Shown here piece after piece: positions 9,904-21,604 of a DNA stretch of 64,000 nt. Positions within the stretch are counted from its first letter, which is position 1. Every line of letters begins with the position of its first letter. The stretch is from a virus, in IMG/VR virus record IMGVR_UViG_3300002144_000620, positions 89,962-153,961 of that record; one strand, written 5' to 3'. Under the pieces are notes generated by a model. It was not told the DNA's origin. It saw only the letters and a list, made by a program, of their open reading frames with translations, and did no database searches. A program made the translations under genes and the position numbers.

Positions 9904-12312
9904 ATGATTATACAAAAACGTAACGGGGATCAAGTACCATTTAACCCCACAAAAATATTAGCTAGAATTAAAAAATCGGCTAAAGGTTTAAAAGTCAGTT
10001 CTGACGAGATATTTATTAAAGGCATCACCTCATTACCAAATGAAGGTACGGTAACAACAAAAGAAATTGATAAACTTTTAGCTGAAATATGTGCTTCTTA
10101 TACTGGTAGTCATTATGACTATAGTAAAATGGCCGCCAATATAGCTATTTCTTCATACCACAAAGAAACAAACCCAAGTTTTTCTGAAACTATGAAGATA
10201 TTAGCTGAAGATAAAGTTATAAACCATAGTATTATTGAAACTATCAATGAATACGGTTGTGATAAAATTGATTCTATCATAGATCACGAAATGGATTTTA
10301 AATTCGATTATTTCGCATGGAGATCATTGAATGAGATGTACTTAACAAAAACATCTAAAGGTGTTCAAATTGAAAGACCACAACATATGTACATGCGTGT
10401 AGCTATATGGGTAACAGAATCTTTCGATGAAGCTATAGAGTACTACAAATCATTATCCAATCAATTAATATCAAAAGCTACACCAATAATGATTAACTCG
10501 GGTACCAAAATACCTCAGTTAGCATCATGTGTATTACATTACAATAACGATGACTCTAGAAACGGACTATTAGATAGTTTAAGAGACATATCTGTTTACT
10601 CAGCTGATGCAGCTGGTATTGGTTTATGTATGTCCAACATAAGAAGTAAAGAAAGTCGTATTAAGACATCAGGTGGTTATGCGGGTGGTTTATTAAAATA
10701 CCTTAAGATTGTTAACGAATCACTAAGATTCTTTAATCAACAAGGACGTAGACCAGGTAGTGCGGCTATTTATATCGAACCTTGGCATAAAGATATTATT
10801 GATTTATTAGAAATCAAAAAAAATACTGGTGCCGAAGAATTACGTGCTAGAGATTTATTTACAGCACTATGGATACCAGATAACTTTATGAGAGCAGTTG
10901 AGAATGATATAGACTGGTACCTATTCTGTCCAAATGACATCGTAAAAGCGGGTTTAACGCCATTACAAGAGTGTTATGGTACTGAGTATGAGGAAAACTA
11001 TAATAAAGCCGTAGAGATGGGCTTAGGCAAGAAAGTTAAGGCTCAAGATATCTGGAATAAGGTTATCGAATCTCAAGTTGAGACAGGTGTACCATACCTG
11101 TGTTCAAAAGATAGTGCTAACAATAAAACAAATCATCAAAACATGGGTGTGATAAAACAATCCAATCTATGTAATGAGATATATCAGTTTACCGATGAAG
11201 AAACGACAGCTATTTGCACTTTATCTTCATTAGTTATCAAAAACTTTGTTAAAAATAGCGCATTTGATTTTGAATTATTATCTAACGAAACTAGAAAAAT
11301 AGTAAGAACACTTAATAAAGTAATAAATATAAACGTTTATTCAACCGAAAAAGGTAGAAAAGGTGGTTTAGAACAAAGAGCTATTGCTATTGGTGTACAA
11401 GGCCTTGCTGACGTATTCTTTTTAATGGATTATATTTTCACATCAGATGAGGCAAAAGAATTAAATAAAAGAATATTTGAAACAATTTATTTTGCCGCAA
11501 TTACTGAAAGTAATGAGTTATGTAAATCTGGTAAATACAAACCGTATAAAAAATTTAAAGGTTCACCAATGTCAAAAGGTGTTTTTCAATTTGATATGTG
11601 GGGTATTGATCAAACTGATTTAATGTGGGATTGGAGTAGTTTAAAAGAATCTGTTAGAGAGTTCGGTATATGTAATAGTTTATTTACAGCACAAATGCCA
11701 GTAGCGTCATCAGCTAAAATAACAGGGTCATATGAAATGACTGAAGTTATAGGCTCTAACTTATTTAATAGACGTGTTGTTGGTGGTGAATTTTTAATCG
11801 CTAATAGATACTTAATTGAGGATTTTGAGGATTTAGGTATCTGGTCAGAAGAGTTCAAAAATGAGATCATAATGAACGAAGGTTCTATACAAGGTATAAA
11901 TTTCAATAAATTCTTAGATCCTAAAAATAAAAACTACGATAAAAAAGTTAGTAGAATCGAACATTTAATGTTGAAATATAAAACTATTTGGGAAGTTTCA
12001 CAAAAAGAACTAATAAATATGGCGGCTGACAGAGCACCATTTATCGATCAATCACAATCGATGAATATTTATTTCCAAAACCCAACTATACAAAAATTAT
12101 CATCTAGTCATTTCCATGCCTGGAAAATGGGACTTAAGTCTTTATGTTACTATGTTAGAACAAAAGCTATATCAACAGGTGCAAAACACTTAGCGATTAG
12201 TATAAACAATGAACCAGCTAAAGCGACACAAATACTAATTGAACCAAACATTACAGAAATTTTAAGTAAGCCAGAAGATAGCCAATTTGATTGTTTTGGA
12301 TGTAGTTCATAA
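9904..12312 (+). CDS. nrdA: Ribonucleotide reductase class Ia alpha subunit with ATP cone
   Basis: N-terminal KRNG ATP cone, QLASC, SNLCNEI, MPVASS, YYVRT, C-terminal CFGC pair; no intein or intron visible. Confidence 0.97.
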   Translation: MIIQKRNGDQVPFNPTKILARIKKSAKGLKVSSDEIFIKGITSLPNEGTVTTKEIDKLLAEICASYTGSHYDYSKMAANIAISSYHKETNPSFSETMKILAEDKVINHSIIETINEYGCDKIDSIIDHEMDFKFDYFAWRSLNEMYLTKTSKGVQIERPQHMYMRVAIWVTESFDEAIEYYKSLSNQLISKATPIMINSGTKIPQLASCVLHYNNDDSRNGLLDSLRDISVYSADAAGIGLCMSNIRSKESRIKTSGGYAGGLLKYLKIVNESLRFFNQQGRRPGSAAIYIEPWHKDIIDLLEIKKNTGAEELRARDLFTALWIPDNFMRAVENDIDWYLFCPNDIVKAGLTPLQECYGTEYEENYNKAVEMGLGKKVKAQDIWNKVIESQVETGVPYLCSKDSANNKTNHQNMGVIKQSNLCNEIYQFTDEETTAICTLSSLVIKNFVKNSAFDFELLSNETRKIVRTLNKVININVYSTEKGRKGGLEQRAIAIGVQGLADVFFLMDYIFTSDEAKELNKRIFETIYFAAITESNELCKSGKYKPYKKFKGSPMSKGVFQFDMWGIDQTDLMWDWSSLKESVREFGICNSLFTAQMPVASSAKITGSYEMTEVIGSNLFNRRVVGGEFLIANRYLIEDFEDLGIWSEEFKNEIIMNEGSIQGINFNKFLDPKNKNYDKKVSRIEHLMLKYKTIWEVSQKELINMAADRAPFIDQSQSMNIYFQNPTIQKLSSSHFHAWKMGLKSLCYYVRTKAISTGAKHLAISINNEPAKATQILIEPNITEILSKPEDSQFDCFGCSS

Positions 12313-12333
12313 CAACTATTTAACTTTAAACAC

Positions 12334-12372
12334 AAAATCCCGTCACTATCTAGTTATAATGACGGGATTTTT
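12334..12372 (+). terminator. Rho-independent terminator
   Basis: AAAATCCCGTCA...TGACGGGATTTT inverted repeat after nrdA. Confidence 0.8.
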
Positions 12373-12397
12373 ATTTACAAAAAATAATTTATTACGA

Positions 12398-12404
12398 TAT
12401 TTAT
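12398..12404 (+). promoter_or_regulatory. TATTTAT putative late promoter of baseplate operon
   Basis: Motif between terminator and ATG 12416. Confidence 0.6.
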
Positions 12405-12415
12405 TATAAAAGATT

Positions 12416-12832
12416 ATGGCCATAAAAAAACAAACATTTGGTATGGAGTTCCCATTTGTATTTTCGGATTCAGGTGATTACGTTGGATTAACATCAGTAC
12501 CTGAATCTGAGGTAAAAGCAATGTTGATTCATTTACTATTAACAAAGAAAGGTGCGAGATACTTTTTACCTGATTTTGGTACAAATATATACCAATACAT
12601 ATTTGAACCACTTGATGACATAACTTTGGGTAAGATTGAAGGTGAAATAACCGATGCTATTGAAAAGTACATTCCAAATCTAAAATTAAACAAGGTAAAC
12701 ATAACCAAGGTTGGTGATGAACCAAATTTTTTAAATGATACTGAAAAAGAACATCAGATTAGAATAAACTTAGATTATACAATAACAACTAAAACGTTCC
12801 AATCAAACGGTACATTAGCATTAACATTATAA
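12416..12832 (+). CDS. Baseplate wedge subunit, gp25/GPW-like
   Basis: LLLTKKGARYFLPDFGT..Y..IFEP matches the gp25 LLT..GER...P.FG signature. Confidence 0.9.
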   Translation: MAIKKQTFGMEFPFVFSDSGDYVGLTSVPESEVKAMLIHLLLTKKGARYFLPDFGTNIYQYIFEPLDDITLGKIEGEITDAIEKYIPNLKLNKVNITKVGDEPNFLNDTEKEHQIRINLDYTITTKTFQSNGTLALTL

Positions 12833-12834
12833 AA

Positions 12835-14646
12835 ATGGCAAGACAAATAAATTATAGCAAAAGAGATTTCGCTTCATTAAAAACGGAGCAAATAAATTAT
12901 ATCAAACAGTATTACCCAGAGGTTGTACAAAATTTTAATGACGCATCTATATTATCCGTATTTTTGGACTTAAATGCGGCAATCGCAGATAACTTAAACT
13001 TTCAAATAGATCGTGCATTACAAGAAACCGTTCTAGATTATGCACAAGAAAGGCAATCACTATATAATATAGCTAAAACATACGGTTTAAAATTACCAAC
13101 AAAATCTTCAGCTGTAGGTGTTGTTGAGTTTACCGCTCAAGTACCAGCATATGGTGACCAAGAAGATACTAGATATTTACCGATAATTAAATCAGGTACA
13201 CAAGTAACTAATGGTAATAATACATATGAAGTTCTATATGATATCGATTTTAACTCAGCCACTAATAGTTCGGGTAACTCAGATAGAACAAAAGTACCTA
13301 TATTCATTAATGGTAAGTTAAATGGTTATACAATCAGAAAAACTGGTATCATAGTAGCGGGTACGACTAAAACTTTTACACAAGCAATTGCCAGTAGTAA
13401 AGCTTTCCAACAAATAGTATTACCTGAAAATAATGTATTATCAATCGAATCGATTATACATAAAACTGGTACAAACTACACAACAATACCAACACTAAAT
13501 GAATTTAAAACTAGTTTGAATAAATGGTATGAAGTACCATCACTAGCGGAAGACAATATATTTATAGAAGATCCTAATTCACCTAGAGTCGATGGTATAG
13601 CTAAAGGTGTCTATGAAAAAATAGATCAAAGATATATTGTTGAGTACACACCCAATGGTTTTTGTCAACTAACATTCGGTGCTCAGACAGATTTATCTAG
13701 AGATATATTAGATGATTTCATGGACGCAGGTAGTTTCGATCTTAAAAGTTTTTTAAGAAACGGTAGTCTTGGATCAGCACCAATAGCTAATACAACCATG
13801 TATATAAGATATAGAATTGGTGGTGGTGTTGATTCAAATGCGGGGGTTGGTACAATCACTGAGGTTGCACGACTAATAACCGATATATCAGGACCAGACC
13901 CAACAGTTGCATCTAATGTAAGAGCAACAATATCAGTTATAAATACAACACCAGCACTTGGTGGTTCAGATGAACCTAGTATAGAAGAATTAAGACAATA
14001 TATTGCATATAACTTTTCAGCTCAAAGTAGAGCAGTTACACTTAACGATTACAAAGCTCTTATTATGTCTATGCCAAGTACCTTTGGTACCCCAGCTAAA
14101 ACCAGTATAACACAAAAATCAAATAAAATAGAGATAGGTGTATTAAGTTACGATAATAATGGTGAGTTATCGAATACGGTTACATCTTTATTGATGGAAA
14201 ATGTAGCAAATTACCTTTCTAAATATAGGATGATAAACGACTATGTAATTGTTAAACCAGCCGAAATAATTAATTTAGGTTTTGAAGTTGGTGTTATATC
14301 CGAAGATGGTCAACAAACACAGGTATCGGCTAGAATATCAGATGTAATTAAAAATGAATTTACAAACGATAAAGCTAATTTAGGTAAAAACTATAGTGTG
14401 GGTACCATGATTGCTAAGATAACACAAGTTGATGGAGTAATAAACGTAAACTATGTAAAAGCTTTCAATAAAACAGGTATTGGTTACTCTAGTAACACAA
14501 CTAATCAATCTGTTTATGATACGGCTACTGGTGAGATCGATATTTCAGGTAACTATATTTTAGTTGAGGATTATCAGATTTTAAGTATTAAAAACCCTGA
14601 TGTTGATATCAAGGTTATACCAGTTACAACCAGTATAACTAACTAA
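12835..14646 (+). CDS. Baseplate wedge subunit, gp6/Baseplate J-like
   Basis: RDFASLK, YRIGGG..SN, GGSDEPSIEELR, Q.RAVTLNDY motifs. Confidence 0.9.
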   Translation: MARQINYSKRDFASLKTEQINYIKQYYPEVVQNFNDASILSVFLDLNAAIADNLNFQIDRALQETVLDYAQERQSLYNIAKTYGLKLPTKSSAVGVVEFTAQVPAYGDQEDTRYLPIIKSGTQVTNGNNTYEVLYDIDFNSATNSSGNSDRTKVPIFINGKLNGYTIRKTGIIVAGTTKTFTQAIASSKAFQQIVLPENNVLSIESIIHKTGTNYTTIPTLNEFKTSLNKWYEVPSLAEDNIFIEDPNSPRVDGIAKGVYEKIDQRYIVEYTPNGFCQLTFGAQTDLSRDILDDFMDAGSFDLKSFLRNGSLGSAPIANTTMYIRYRIGGGVDSNAGVGTITEVARLITDISGPDPTVASNVRATISVINTTPALGGSDEPSIEELRQYIAYNFSAQSRAVTLNDYKALIMSMPSTFGTPAKTSITQKSNKIEIGVLSYDNNGELSNTVTSLLMENVANYLSKYRMINDYVIVKPAEIINLGFEVGVISEDGQQTQVSARISDVIKNEFTNDKANLGKNYSVGTMIAKITQVDGVINVNYVKAFNKTGIGYSSNTTNQSVYDTATGEIDISGNYILVEDYQILSIKNPDVDIKVIPVTTSITN

Positions 14647-14648
14647 TA

Positions 14649-16868
14649 ATGGAGAAAAATATTAAAATAGTTTTACAAGATAGTCAAGTAAATGACAGGA
14701 TACTAATAAATTTAGAGGATGATTTTGATAATTTAGAAATATTAAGTCTTAAAATTAGTAGTACCGACATTTACAATAAAAACTCATCAGACTTTGGTAC
14801 GATTGTCGGTAGGGTACAAACTTCTAATGGGTATGGTTTACAAAACGCTAAAGTATCTATATTTGTACCAATAACTGTTGAAGATAAAGAAAGACCTGAA
14901 ATAGCCGAACTATATCCATTTGAAACTATTAATGATCAATTCCCTAATGGTGTTAGATACAATTTATTACCTAGGGTTAGAAATCAAAACCCAAGCCACA
15001 GAGCAGTAGGTAACTTACCACTAATTAACGATTTAACCCATTATCCACAATATTTGGAAATAATGGAAAAGTACTATAAATACACTGTTATAACTAACGA
15101 TTCTGGTGATTACATGATATTTGGTGTACCAGTAGGTTCACACAACATCATTATGGATTTCGATCTATTTGATACAAAAAGTATAGAAGTTACAGCCAAT
15201 GATATGGTTGAAAATTCTTCCGAATATAAAAATATTAAAAGTGTTGCTGATGCGACAAATACAGCCGATAATAACGATCCTAATAAAGTACCCAATTTCA
15301 TTTACCGTGGACTTGATACATTTGATGTTAAGGTTAAGACAAACCTTAACGAAATGCCGAATATATTTAATGAAATTAAACAGGTAAACGTATCACCATT
15401 TTGGGGTGATGACGAAGAACATGATGTTGGTATAACTAGATGCGATTTTAAGATAAAGTACAACTACACACCAACAGCTATATTTTTTGGGTGGTTAGGT
15501 TCACCATCGTCAGCATTTGGTGTTAAACATGACTATACGTGGAGGACAATAAATCAATTAGAGTTGGAATTACCAGGGTTTGATAAATCTTTAGGTAAAA
15601 ATACTGGTCAAGTTTGGCCACTACAAGAACCTATTGTCGTGATATACAGGTTAGATGATAAACTAACACCTGGTAGCAGAGTTAGAGTAGGTGCTTTTAA
15701 AGGTGAAAAAGGTACGGGTATCTTCAGAATATCACTACCAATGTACATGGATTATTTTAAAATAAATCAATTTGGTGACTTAGTACCAACTGAAGATACT
15801 GAAAATAGTATACCGACAAAAGCATATTACGCTTTTGAGATGTACGAGTCTTCAGAAGCGTGGCAAACCAGAGTACCTTGGGGTTCATGGCACAGTTACT
15901 CAACACCTGGAATCAGAGTACCATCATCGGTAAATGGTGAGGTATTAACAGGTGGGTGGGAGGGTACAAACACTGGGTTATTCGAATATGATATCATAAA
16001 TAGAAAAAGAAAATTTTATACAATTAAAACAAAATACAATCCCCATAATAGTGATTCTATGGCTACACCAGGAACCACACTAAATTATTTTCCACAAGAA
16101 AACATTAATAAAGATATTGCTTGGAATTTTCCGATTAACAGAAATGACGTTAATAAAATAACAACAAATATTGAAGTTATAGGCTCTGTACTTATACCCA
16201 GATATGAATTTGATTTAGCGTCTCCACTTAATTACAACCGTTTATCGGATGCAGACTACAATCCAAATGTAAGATACCCAAATAACATAATTAACTTAAT
16301 CAACATACCTAAAAACATATCTTATGGTGATACAGTTAAAGACTACGAATACCATAAAGGTATTGGTGTTGGTTTAGATGGGAAAAATAGTGGCGATGCT
16401 TTTGCTGAATTATTCGCACCAGACCAATTTTTCACATTTGATGGAGATAGTCACTACGGTGAAAACAATACTTATAATTACGGTGACAATGGTCCGATAA
16501 ACCCATCACTATTTGCATTAGATTTAGCAAAAAAACAAGACTCAACTGACTATAACGGTATACACAAAAGGTTCACACAAGCTTACAATAATAAATACTC
16601 ATTAGGACCATTCCTATCCTCACACAATTATCAGAACAAATTTCCTGTTATGGAAATTAGTATAGAGGATGTAACTGATGATTTAAGTGGTTTAATAGGT
16701 AATAAAATATATACATCTTACGGTATATATACTGGCAGTGTAGCGCCAACAGAATTTGATCCAGAAATATCAAATAGATATAGAAGTAAATTCTATTATT
16801 TTGGTTTATGGGAAAATATGAACGCTTTAAAATCAATAGAAAAAAATTATTTTACAGGGCATGAGTAA
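14649..16868 (+). CDS. Putative baseplate/structural protein
   Basis: In baseplate operon; N-terminal transthyretin/CarboxypepD-like pattern (GRV...GLQNAKVSI; TNDSGDYMIFGVPVG). Confidence 0.6.
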   Translation: MEKNIKIVLQDSQVNDRILINLEDDFDNLEILSLKISSTDIYNKNSSDFGTIVGRVQTSNGYGLQNAKVSIFVPITVEDKERPEIAELYPFETINDQFPNGVRYNLLPRVRNQNPSHRAVGNLPLINDLTHYPQYLEIMEKYYKYTVITNDSGDYMIFGVPVGSHNIIMDFDLFDTKSIEVTANDMVENSSEYKNIKSVADATNTADNNDPNKVPNFIYRGLDTFDVKVKTNLNEMPNIFNEIKQVNVSPFWGDDEEHDVGITRCDFKIKYNYTPTAIFFGWLGSPSSAFGVKHDYTWRTINQLELELPGFDKSLGKNTGQVWPLQEPIVVIYRLDDKLTPGSRVRVGAFKGEKGTGIFRISLPMYMDYFKINQFGDLVPTEDTENSIPTKAYYAFEMYESSEAWQTRVPWGSWHSYSTPGIRVPSSVNGEVLTGGWEGTNTGLFEYDIINRKRKFYTIKTKYNPHNSDSMATPGTTLNYFPQENINKDIAWNFPINRNDVNKITTNIEVIGSVLIPRYEFDLASPLNYNRLSDADYNPNVRYPNNIINLINIPKNISYGDTVKDYEYHKGIGVGLDGKNSGDAFAELFAPDQFFTFDGDSHYGENNTYNYGDNGPINPSLFALDLAKKQDSTDYNGIHKRFTQAYNNKYSLGPFLSSHNYQNKFPVMEISIEDVTDDLSGLIGNKIYTSYGIYTGSVAPTEFDPEISNRYRSKFYYFGLWENMNALKSIEKNYFTGHE

Positions 16869-18558
16869 TATTACAGAAATTTTAGGGTCTAAGAAATTTG
16901 CTGGTGGTGAAAATAAAACACTGAAAACCAGAGTAATTCTAGAACAACCTAGTAAAGTTAACAATGAGTATAATTTATTTACTAACGTATCTGAAGATGA
17001 TCAATTCACTAAAGAAAAACAAGAAAATAACTTATATAAAATATACGGTACGATAGTACCATCAGTTATGAAAGAAGCTTATTTTTTTAGAAATAAGTTA
17101 AATATAGACACTAACGTACCAGAATTTAATAAAGATAACTGGTCGTTAGTAATGTGTAAACCCGTTAAATATCTAGGTACTGACAAAGGTAGAAAGCTTT
17201 TTGATATAACATATTTAGATTACGTAAGTAAAAGCGACAAAGTGTTTAGTCTTGACCTAAATGAAGGGTTACCAGCATCACTATCAACATTATCACCATT
17301 TCAATTACGTAACGTAATTAAATCAGATGTAAATATAGATCTATATATGAATTTAGGTCATAATTTAAATATAGGTGACCAGATATACATAAAATCAAAC
17401 GAAAAAAGAGTACCAACTGGGCTGTGTTTTATCATAAATGTAAAAGGTAATATAGTTACAACTGATTTAAAAATAAAATCAACTGAATTAATAGCACCCG
17501 AACAACAAGTATCTTTGACAAGAAATACGCTTTCAGGTACGAAAAGTTTTGCGGAATCACCCAGTAGCACCAACTCTAAAAACGCAAACACTGGTGCTGT
17601 TAGAGGTATACAAACAACTAACGACAATAGTGCAATCATCGCAGCTTTAAAAGCCGAAAGACCAACACCATACGGGATATTAAACCCTAAACTTAGTGTA
17701 TCTAAAGTAATAAATAATGAAGTTTTAGAATATTATGTAAAACAAGTTGAGGTTATCGAGGTATTAGAAACTTTTGATAATTGCGGGTTTTCTAAAAATT
17801 TATTTGATAATCAGTTGGTTAACTTTTACTTCAATAAAAACTTTGATATAAATGGTTTATTAGATCACAAAGACGAACCTTTAACAGAGTGTCATATCGG
17901 TATAATAAAAAACGGGTCAACTGATTCAAAAATATTTAGTGATGTTGAATCTAATTTTAAATCTTTGATTGATTACACGAATGAAGGTGAGGGTATTAAA
18001 ACAATATCTAAAAAATCAAACTCATTAGTTAGTAGTAAACCAACTATTGGTGAAAATTATGATATTGGTATCTACGAATATTCTAGTGAAAATCTAACAG
18101 AAGAGTTAATAGAACCAGTACAACATAATTTTATTTTAGACTTCGTATTATTTAAATACACCCCATTCACAACATTAACACTAAAAAACAGATCTAGTTA
18201 TATCGAAGATTCTGTATCAAACCAATTTATACCACCATATGCTAAATACAGTAGAAAATCAGAAAAATACATATGGCGAGACTTATTAGATATAGGTATA
18301 TCTGATGAAAACGGTGAGATATTAGACTTCCCATTTTTAAATGGTTGTAGGTATTTTTATAGTAGGTTACCGTTTAACGTTTTAATTGAAAAAAATAAAA
18401 CAAAAAAATATAAACTGAATAGTAATGATATATCTAACATAGATTTAGTCAATAATGTCGATGATTACATAAGTAGTATCACTAAAGATTTATTTGGTAA
18501 TGATAATAATGGTAATCAAGACGAACCGTTTAAAAAATACACTAACGAAGAATGTTAA
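16861..18558 (+). CDS. Putative structural protein
   Basis: Long ORF overlapping neighbours in the baseplate operon. Confidence 0.6.
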   Translation: MSNITEILGSKKFAGGENKTLKTRVILEQPSKVNNEYNLFTNVSEDDQFTKEKQENNLYKIYGTIVPSVMKEAYFFRNKLNIDTNVPEFNKDNWSLVMCKPVKYLGTDKGRKLFDITYLDYVSKSDKVFSLDLNEGLPASLSTLSPFQLRNVIKSDVNIDLYMNLGHNLNIGDQIYIKSNEKRVPTGLCFIINVKGNIVTTDLKIKSTELIAPEQQVSLTRNTLSGTKSFAESPSSTNSKNANTGAVRGIQTTNDNSAIIAALKAERPTPYGILNPKLSVSKVINNEVLEYYVKQVEVIEVLETFDNCGFSKNLFDNQLVNFYFNKNFDINGLLDHKDEPLTECHIGIIKNGSTDSKIFSDVESNFKSLIDYTNEGEGIKTISKKSNSLVSSKPTIGENYDIGIYEYSSENLTEELIEPVQHNFILDFVLFKYTPFTTLTLKNRSSYIEDSVSNQFIPPYAKYSRKSEKYIWRDLLDIGISDENGEILDFPFLNGCRYFYSRLPFNVLIEKNKTKKYKLNSNDISNIDLVNNVDDYISSITKDLFGNDNNGNQDEPFKKYTNEEC

Positions 18559-20714
18559 AAAATAGATTAATAGAGAACACGACTTTATCAACAAGTATAT
18601 TCCTAAATAATGAGGACCATACATCAGATAGGGATTTTGTTTTTCAAGACAGGTTAAACTTTGAAACTTTAGCTAACATAAATGGAATAGTTGACCTTGA
18701 AAGTGTTGAGTACAAACCAACAACCGAAAAAATTGAAGTAGATTTATTTTTCTTAAGATACTTAGATAAACCAGATATCCCTGAAATATCTAAGTATATT
18801 GAACCCGAATTTTTAACATACAGCATACCATACTTTAACCCCATTGCTGGTATAAAAGCAGGGTTTAGTTTAAGAGAACAACCAACCAGCGAATTACTAG
18901 AAATAAATGATTCTAATGGTTTAATATCACCCATAACAAACAATGAAGCTAACTTATCAGTATTTGATATAAATACGTTAAAACCACAGAAATTAATCGA
19001 TCCAATAGCCGAACTTATAAAAAAATATCCAGCTAAATCAGGGTACCCTCATTTTTATAATACGTTTACTTTTCCCTTATGGGATAACAAAGACGCTTGG
19101 GTGGACACTAAATTTGGTTTTAATAATAAAATATTTACATACAACTCATTCGTATTAATAGAGCTTTATGATAATTTTAATGTTGAAACACAAAAAAAGA
19201 TAACAACAATACCCATCTATATTTCGGATAGATATATGTTTAATGAGAAAACCACATTAAACGATACGAATAAACAAAAAAGACCTGTGTTTAATTTAAC
19301 AGAAGGTGTTGATGGGTTTTCCTTATTCTTTTTAGATAATTACAACACAAACGAATTTTACGCTAAATTCTATTTTTGGGACGCTTTAAACGGTACTAAA
19401 ATACAGTTTATTCCATCAGCAAAAACTAATCTAGACAAAAAATGGTTACAAACAACAAATGATTTTGACCAAAAGATTCTATATGTAAAGTACGAACTAA
19501 ACTACACAGATAAAACGTATAAAATATATGACCTAAATAAAAAATCTGGTAGATTTGATTTAGAGGCAACGGAACATTTAGATTTATATGAATTTGGTTA
19601 TGACGATTATTGGACCCAATATCCTATAATTAATAAACAACCAACAGATGTTATGGTACCAGTACCACCAAGACAATACGGTGAATTAATGTTATCATCA
19701 ACGTATATTAATAGGGAAGTAATCTATGATGATACCAACATGGTATCTAAAGATTTATTAACTGGTATACGAAATCTAGAGGGTTACGAGAACGTTGAAA
19801 TAACATTTTCATATAGTTATGACAATTATTATGAGGAGGTATTCGTTGATTCTACTTATTATTTCAATGTTTATGGTTCAAGTTTAGGTTATTTAACCCG
19901 ATTAGGTAATAACACACTAACAAATAAGGTATTAGGTTTATTAAAAACAACTAATAATATTTGTGTAAATACTGAGATTAATTCACATGAAATAAGTGCT
20001 GGTTCGGTACTGATTGATAATATAAGTAGTACAAATACATATGTTATTGAAGACATATACCTAACAAATTTATTGGTAAATTCAGATCAATCTGATACTA
20101 ATTTAACAACAAAAGGTTCACTAACACATAAGATTAAAAAAAATGTTAACTCTGATCCATCAATGTTTCATGAAGTAACTATAGTACCAAAAAGTATCGC
20201 CAATAAAGTTAATGATAAAGATATATTGAACCAGAATCTAACAGAAGCTTGGAATACCTACAAAACTAATAATGAAGAACAAACTGTTACATCGTCATAT
20301 AGTTCTAATGGATACCCACCCCCCACTCAGGGTAACCCAGTATTAGATGCTACTGTTGTCGCCACACAAACACAATTAGCACTTAAATTAATTAAAAATG
20401 AAAACATAAATATGTATTTTAATTTCGATGTTAATGAAGAAAATATAGTTAGTTTACTTAAAACGGATCCAAAATTAGTTAAAGAAAGGGGTATAACTAT
20501 AGTAATAGAATCTTTAGATAGTGTTATAAACTCTGATGAAGAGATAATATTAACGGTTAAACTATTTTTAGGTAGTGATTTCCTATATAATTTCGGTCTA
20601 ATTAAAAATTTAAAAATAACTGGTGATTTAAATTTAACTACTTATAAACTTTCAGAAGGACAGGATTCACAAAAAAGTACAATAAAAATACCATTAAATA
20701 TAACACTAAAATAA
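18552..20714 (+). CDS. Putative structural protein
   Basis: Long ORF in baseplate operon. Confidence 0.6.
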   Translation: MLKNRLIENTTLSTSIFLNNEDHTSDRDFVFQDRLNFETLANINGIVDLESVEYKPTTEKIEVDLFFLRYLDKPDIPEISKYIEPEFLTYSIPYFNPIAGIKAGFSLREQPTSELLEINDSNGLISPITNNEANLSVFDINTLKPQKLIDPIAELIKKYPAKSGYPHFYNTFTFPLWDNKDAWVDTKFGFNNKIFTYNSFVLIELYDNFNVETQKKITTIPIYISDRYMFNEKTTLNDTNKQKRPVFNLTEGVDGFSLFFLDNYNTNEFYAKFYFWDALNGTKIQFIPSAKTNLDKKWLQTTNDFDQKILYVKYELNYTDKTYKIYDLNKKSGRFDLEATEHLDLYEFGYDDYWTQYPIINKQPTDVMVPVPPRQYGELMLSSTYINREVIYDDTNMVSKDLLTGIRNLEGYENVEITFSYSYDNYYEEVFVDSTYYFNVYGSSLGYLTRLGNNTLTNKVLGLLKTTNNICVNTEINSHEISAGSVLIDNISSTNTYVIEDIYLTNLLVNSDQSDTNLTTKGSLTHKIKKNVNSDPSMFHEVTIVPKSIANKVNDKDILNQNLTEAWNTYKTNNEEQTVTSSYSSNGYPPPTQGNPVLDATVVATQTQLALKLIKNENINMYFNFDVNEENIVSLLKTDPKLVKERGITIVIESLDSVINSDEEIILTVKLFLGSDFLYNFGLIKNLKITGDLNLTTYKLSEGQDSQKSTIKIPLNITLK

Positions 20715-21598
20715 TGTACACTATTAACATAGATAATAACATTGAAAAATATAGGGTTACGCTAAATCTAGAATCTCACATAGACGCTAACGGTACGGTA
20801 ATACTACCATACTATAATGACCCTATGATACAACAAATTGAATCTACCATTGAAGAGGTATACCCATATAATGAAATGTTTAAACCAGCCGAAAAGTACA
20901 TTACAAATGATGTAATTATATCAACTGAAGATGAAGTTATTAAACACTTTAAGGAATCATCTGAAAAATATTTTATAGTTGGTTCAACAGATAGTAAATT
21001 TTCTTTATTAGACCTATCATTTACCATGGAAAGAGCTATGAATTTGGATATAGAGAATAGAGGGCAATTAAGTAAAACCTTAGTTAGAAACCCAAGAATA
21101 GATGAATTAGTTGATATTATTTCGAGAACAAATGGTGTTGAAAATGATAGTGCTAGACTTGAATTACAAGATATTGAAGAAACAATATCTGTTAACCCAG
21201 TAACACCAACCGCAGAAATTAGATATGGTAAAAGAATTGAAGTTAGTGGTACTAACGTAATTGGTATGATATTACTAGACACCGATATAAGAAAGGAGTA
21301 TGTACTTTATTTAGATACACAAAATCCTATATTTTATGTTGATAATCCTGATAATAACACTAGATTTAAATATATGCGAAATAATATAGATGAAAAGGTT
21401 ACACCTACATTAAATTATTATTCTGATACAATAGATGAACCAAAAGTTTTATCCGAAGTATTTATTGATAGAGGTGTTAATAACGCTTTTGAACCAATTA
21501 AAAAACTTAAAAATGTTAAAGACCTTAACGAGTTAACAAAAACTGGTTTTGGTTATTATAAAATAAATACGAGAGGATATAATTTTAAAGATAAATAA
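20714..21598 (+). CDS. Putative structural protein
   Basis: TAATG coupling; operon context. Confidence 0.6.
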   Translation: MYTINIDNNIEKYRVTLNLESHIDANGTVILPYYNDPMIQQIESTIEEVYPYNEMFKPAEKYITNDVIISTEDEVIKHFKESSEKYFIVGSTDSKFSLLDLSFTMERAMNLDIENRGQLSKTLVRNPRIDELVDIISRTNGVENDSARLELQDIEETISVNPVTPTAEIRYGKRIEVSGTNVIGMILLDTDIRKEYVLYLDTQNPIFYVDNPDNNTRFKYMRNNIDEKVTPTLNYYSDTIDEPKVLSEVFIDRGVNNAFEPIKKLKNVKDLNELTKTGFGYYKINTRGYNFKDK

Positions 21599-21604
21599 AT
21601 AAAT

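Noticed and set aside
7450-12312. Inteins, introns or homing endonucleases in helicase and nrdAB
   Set aside because: Proteins are of normal length with contiguous motifs.
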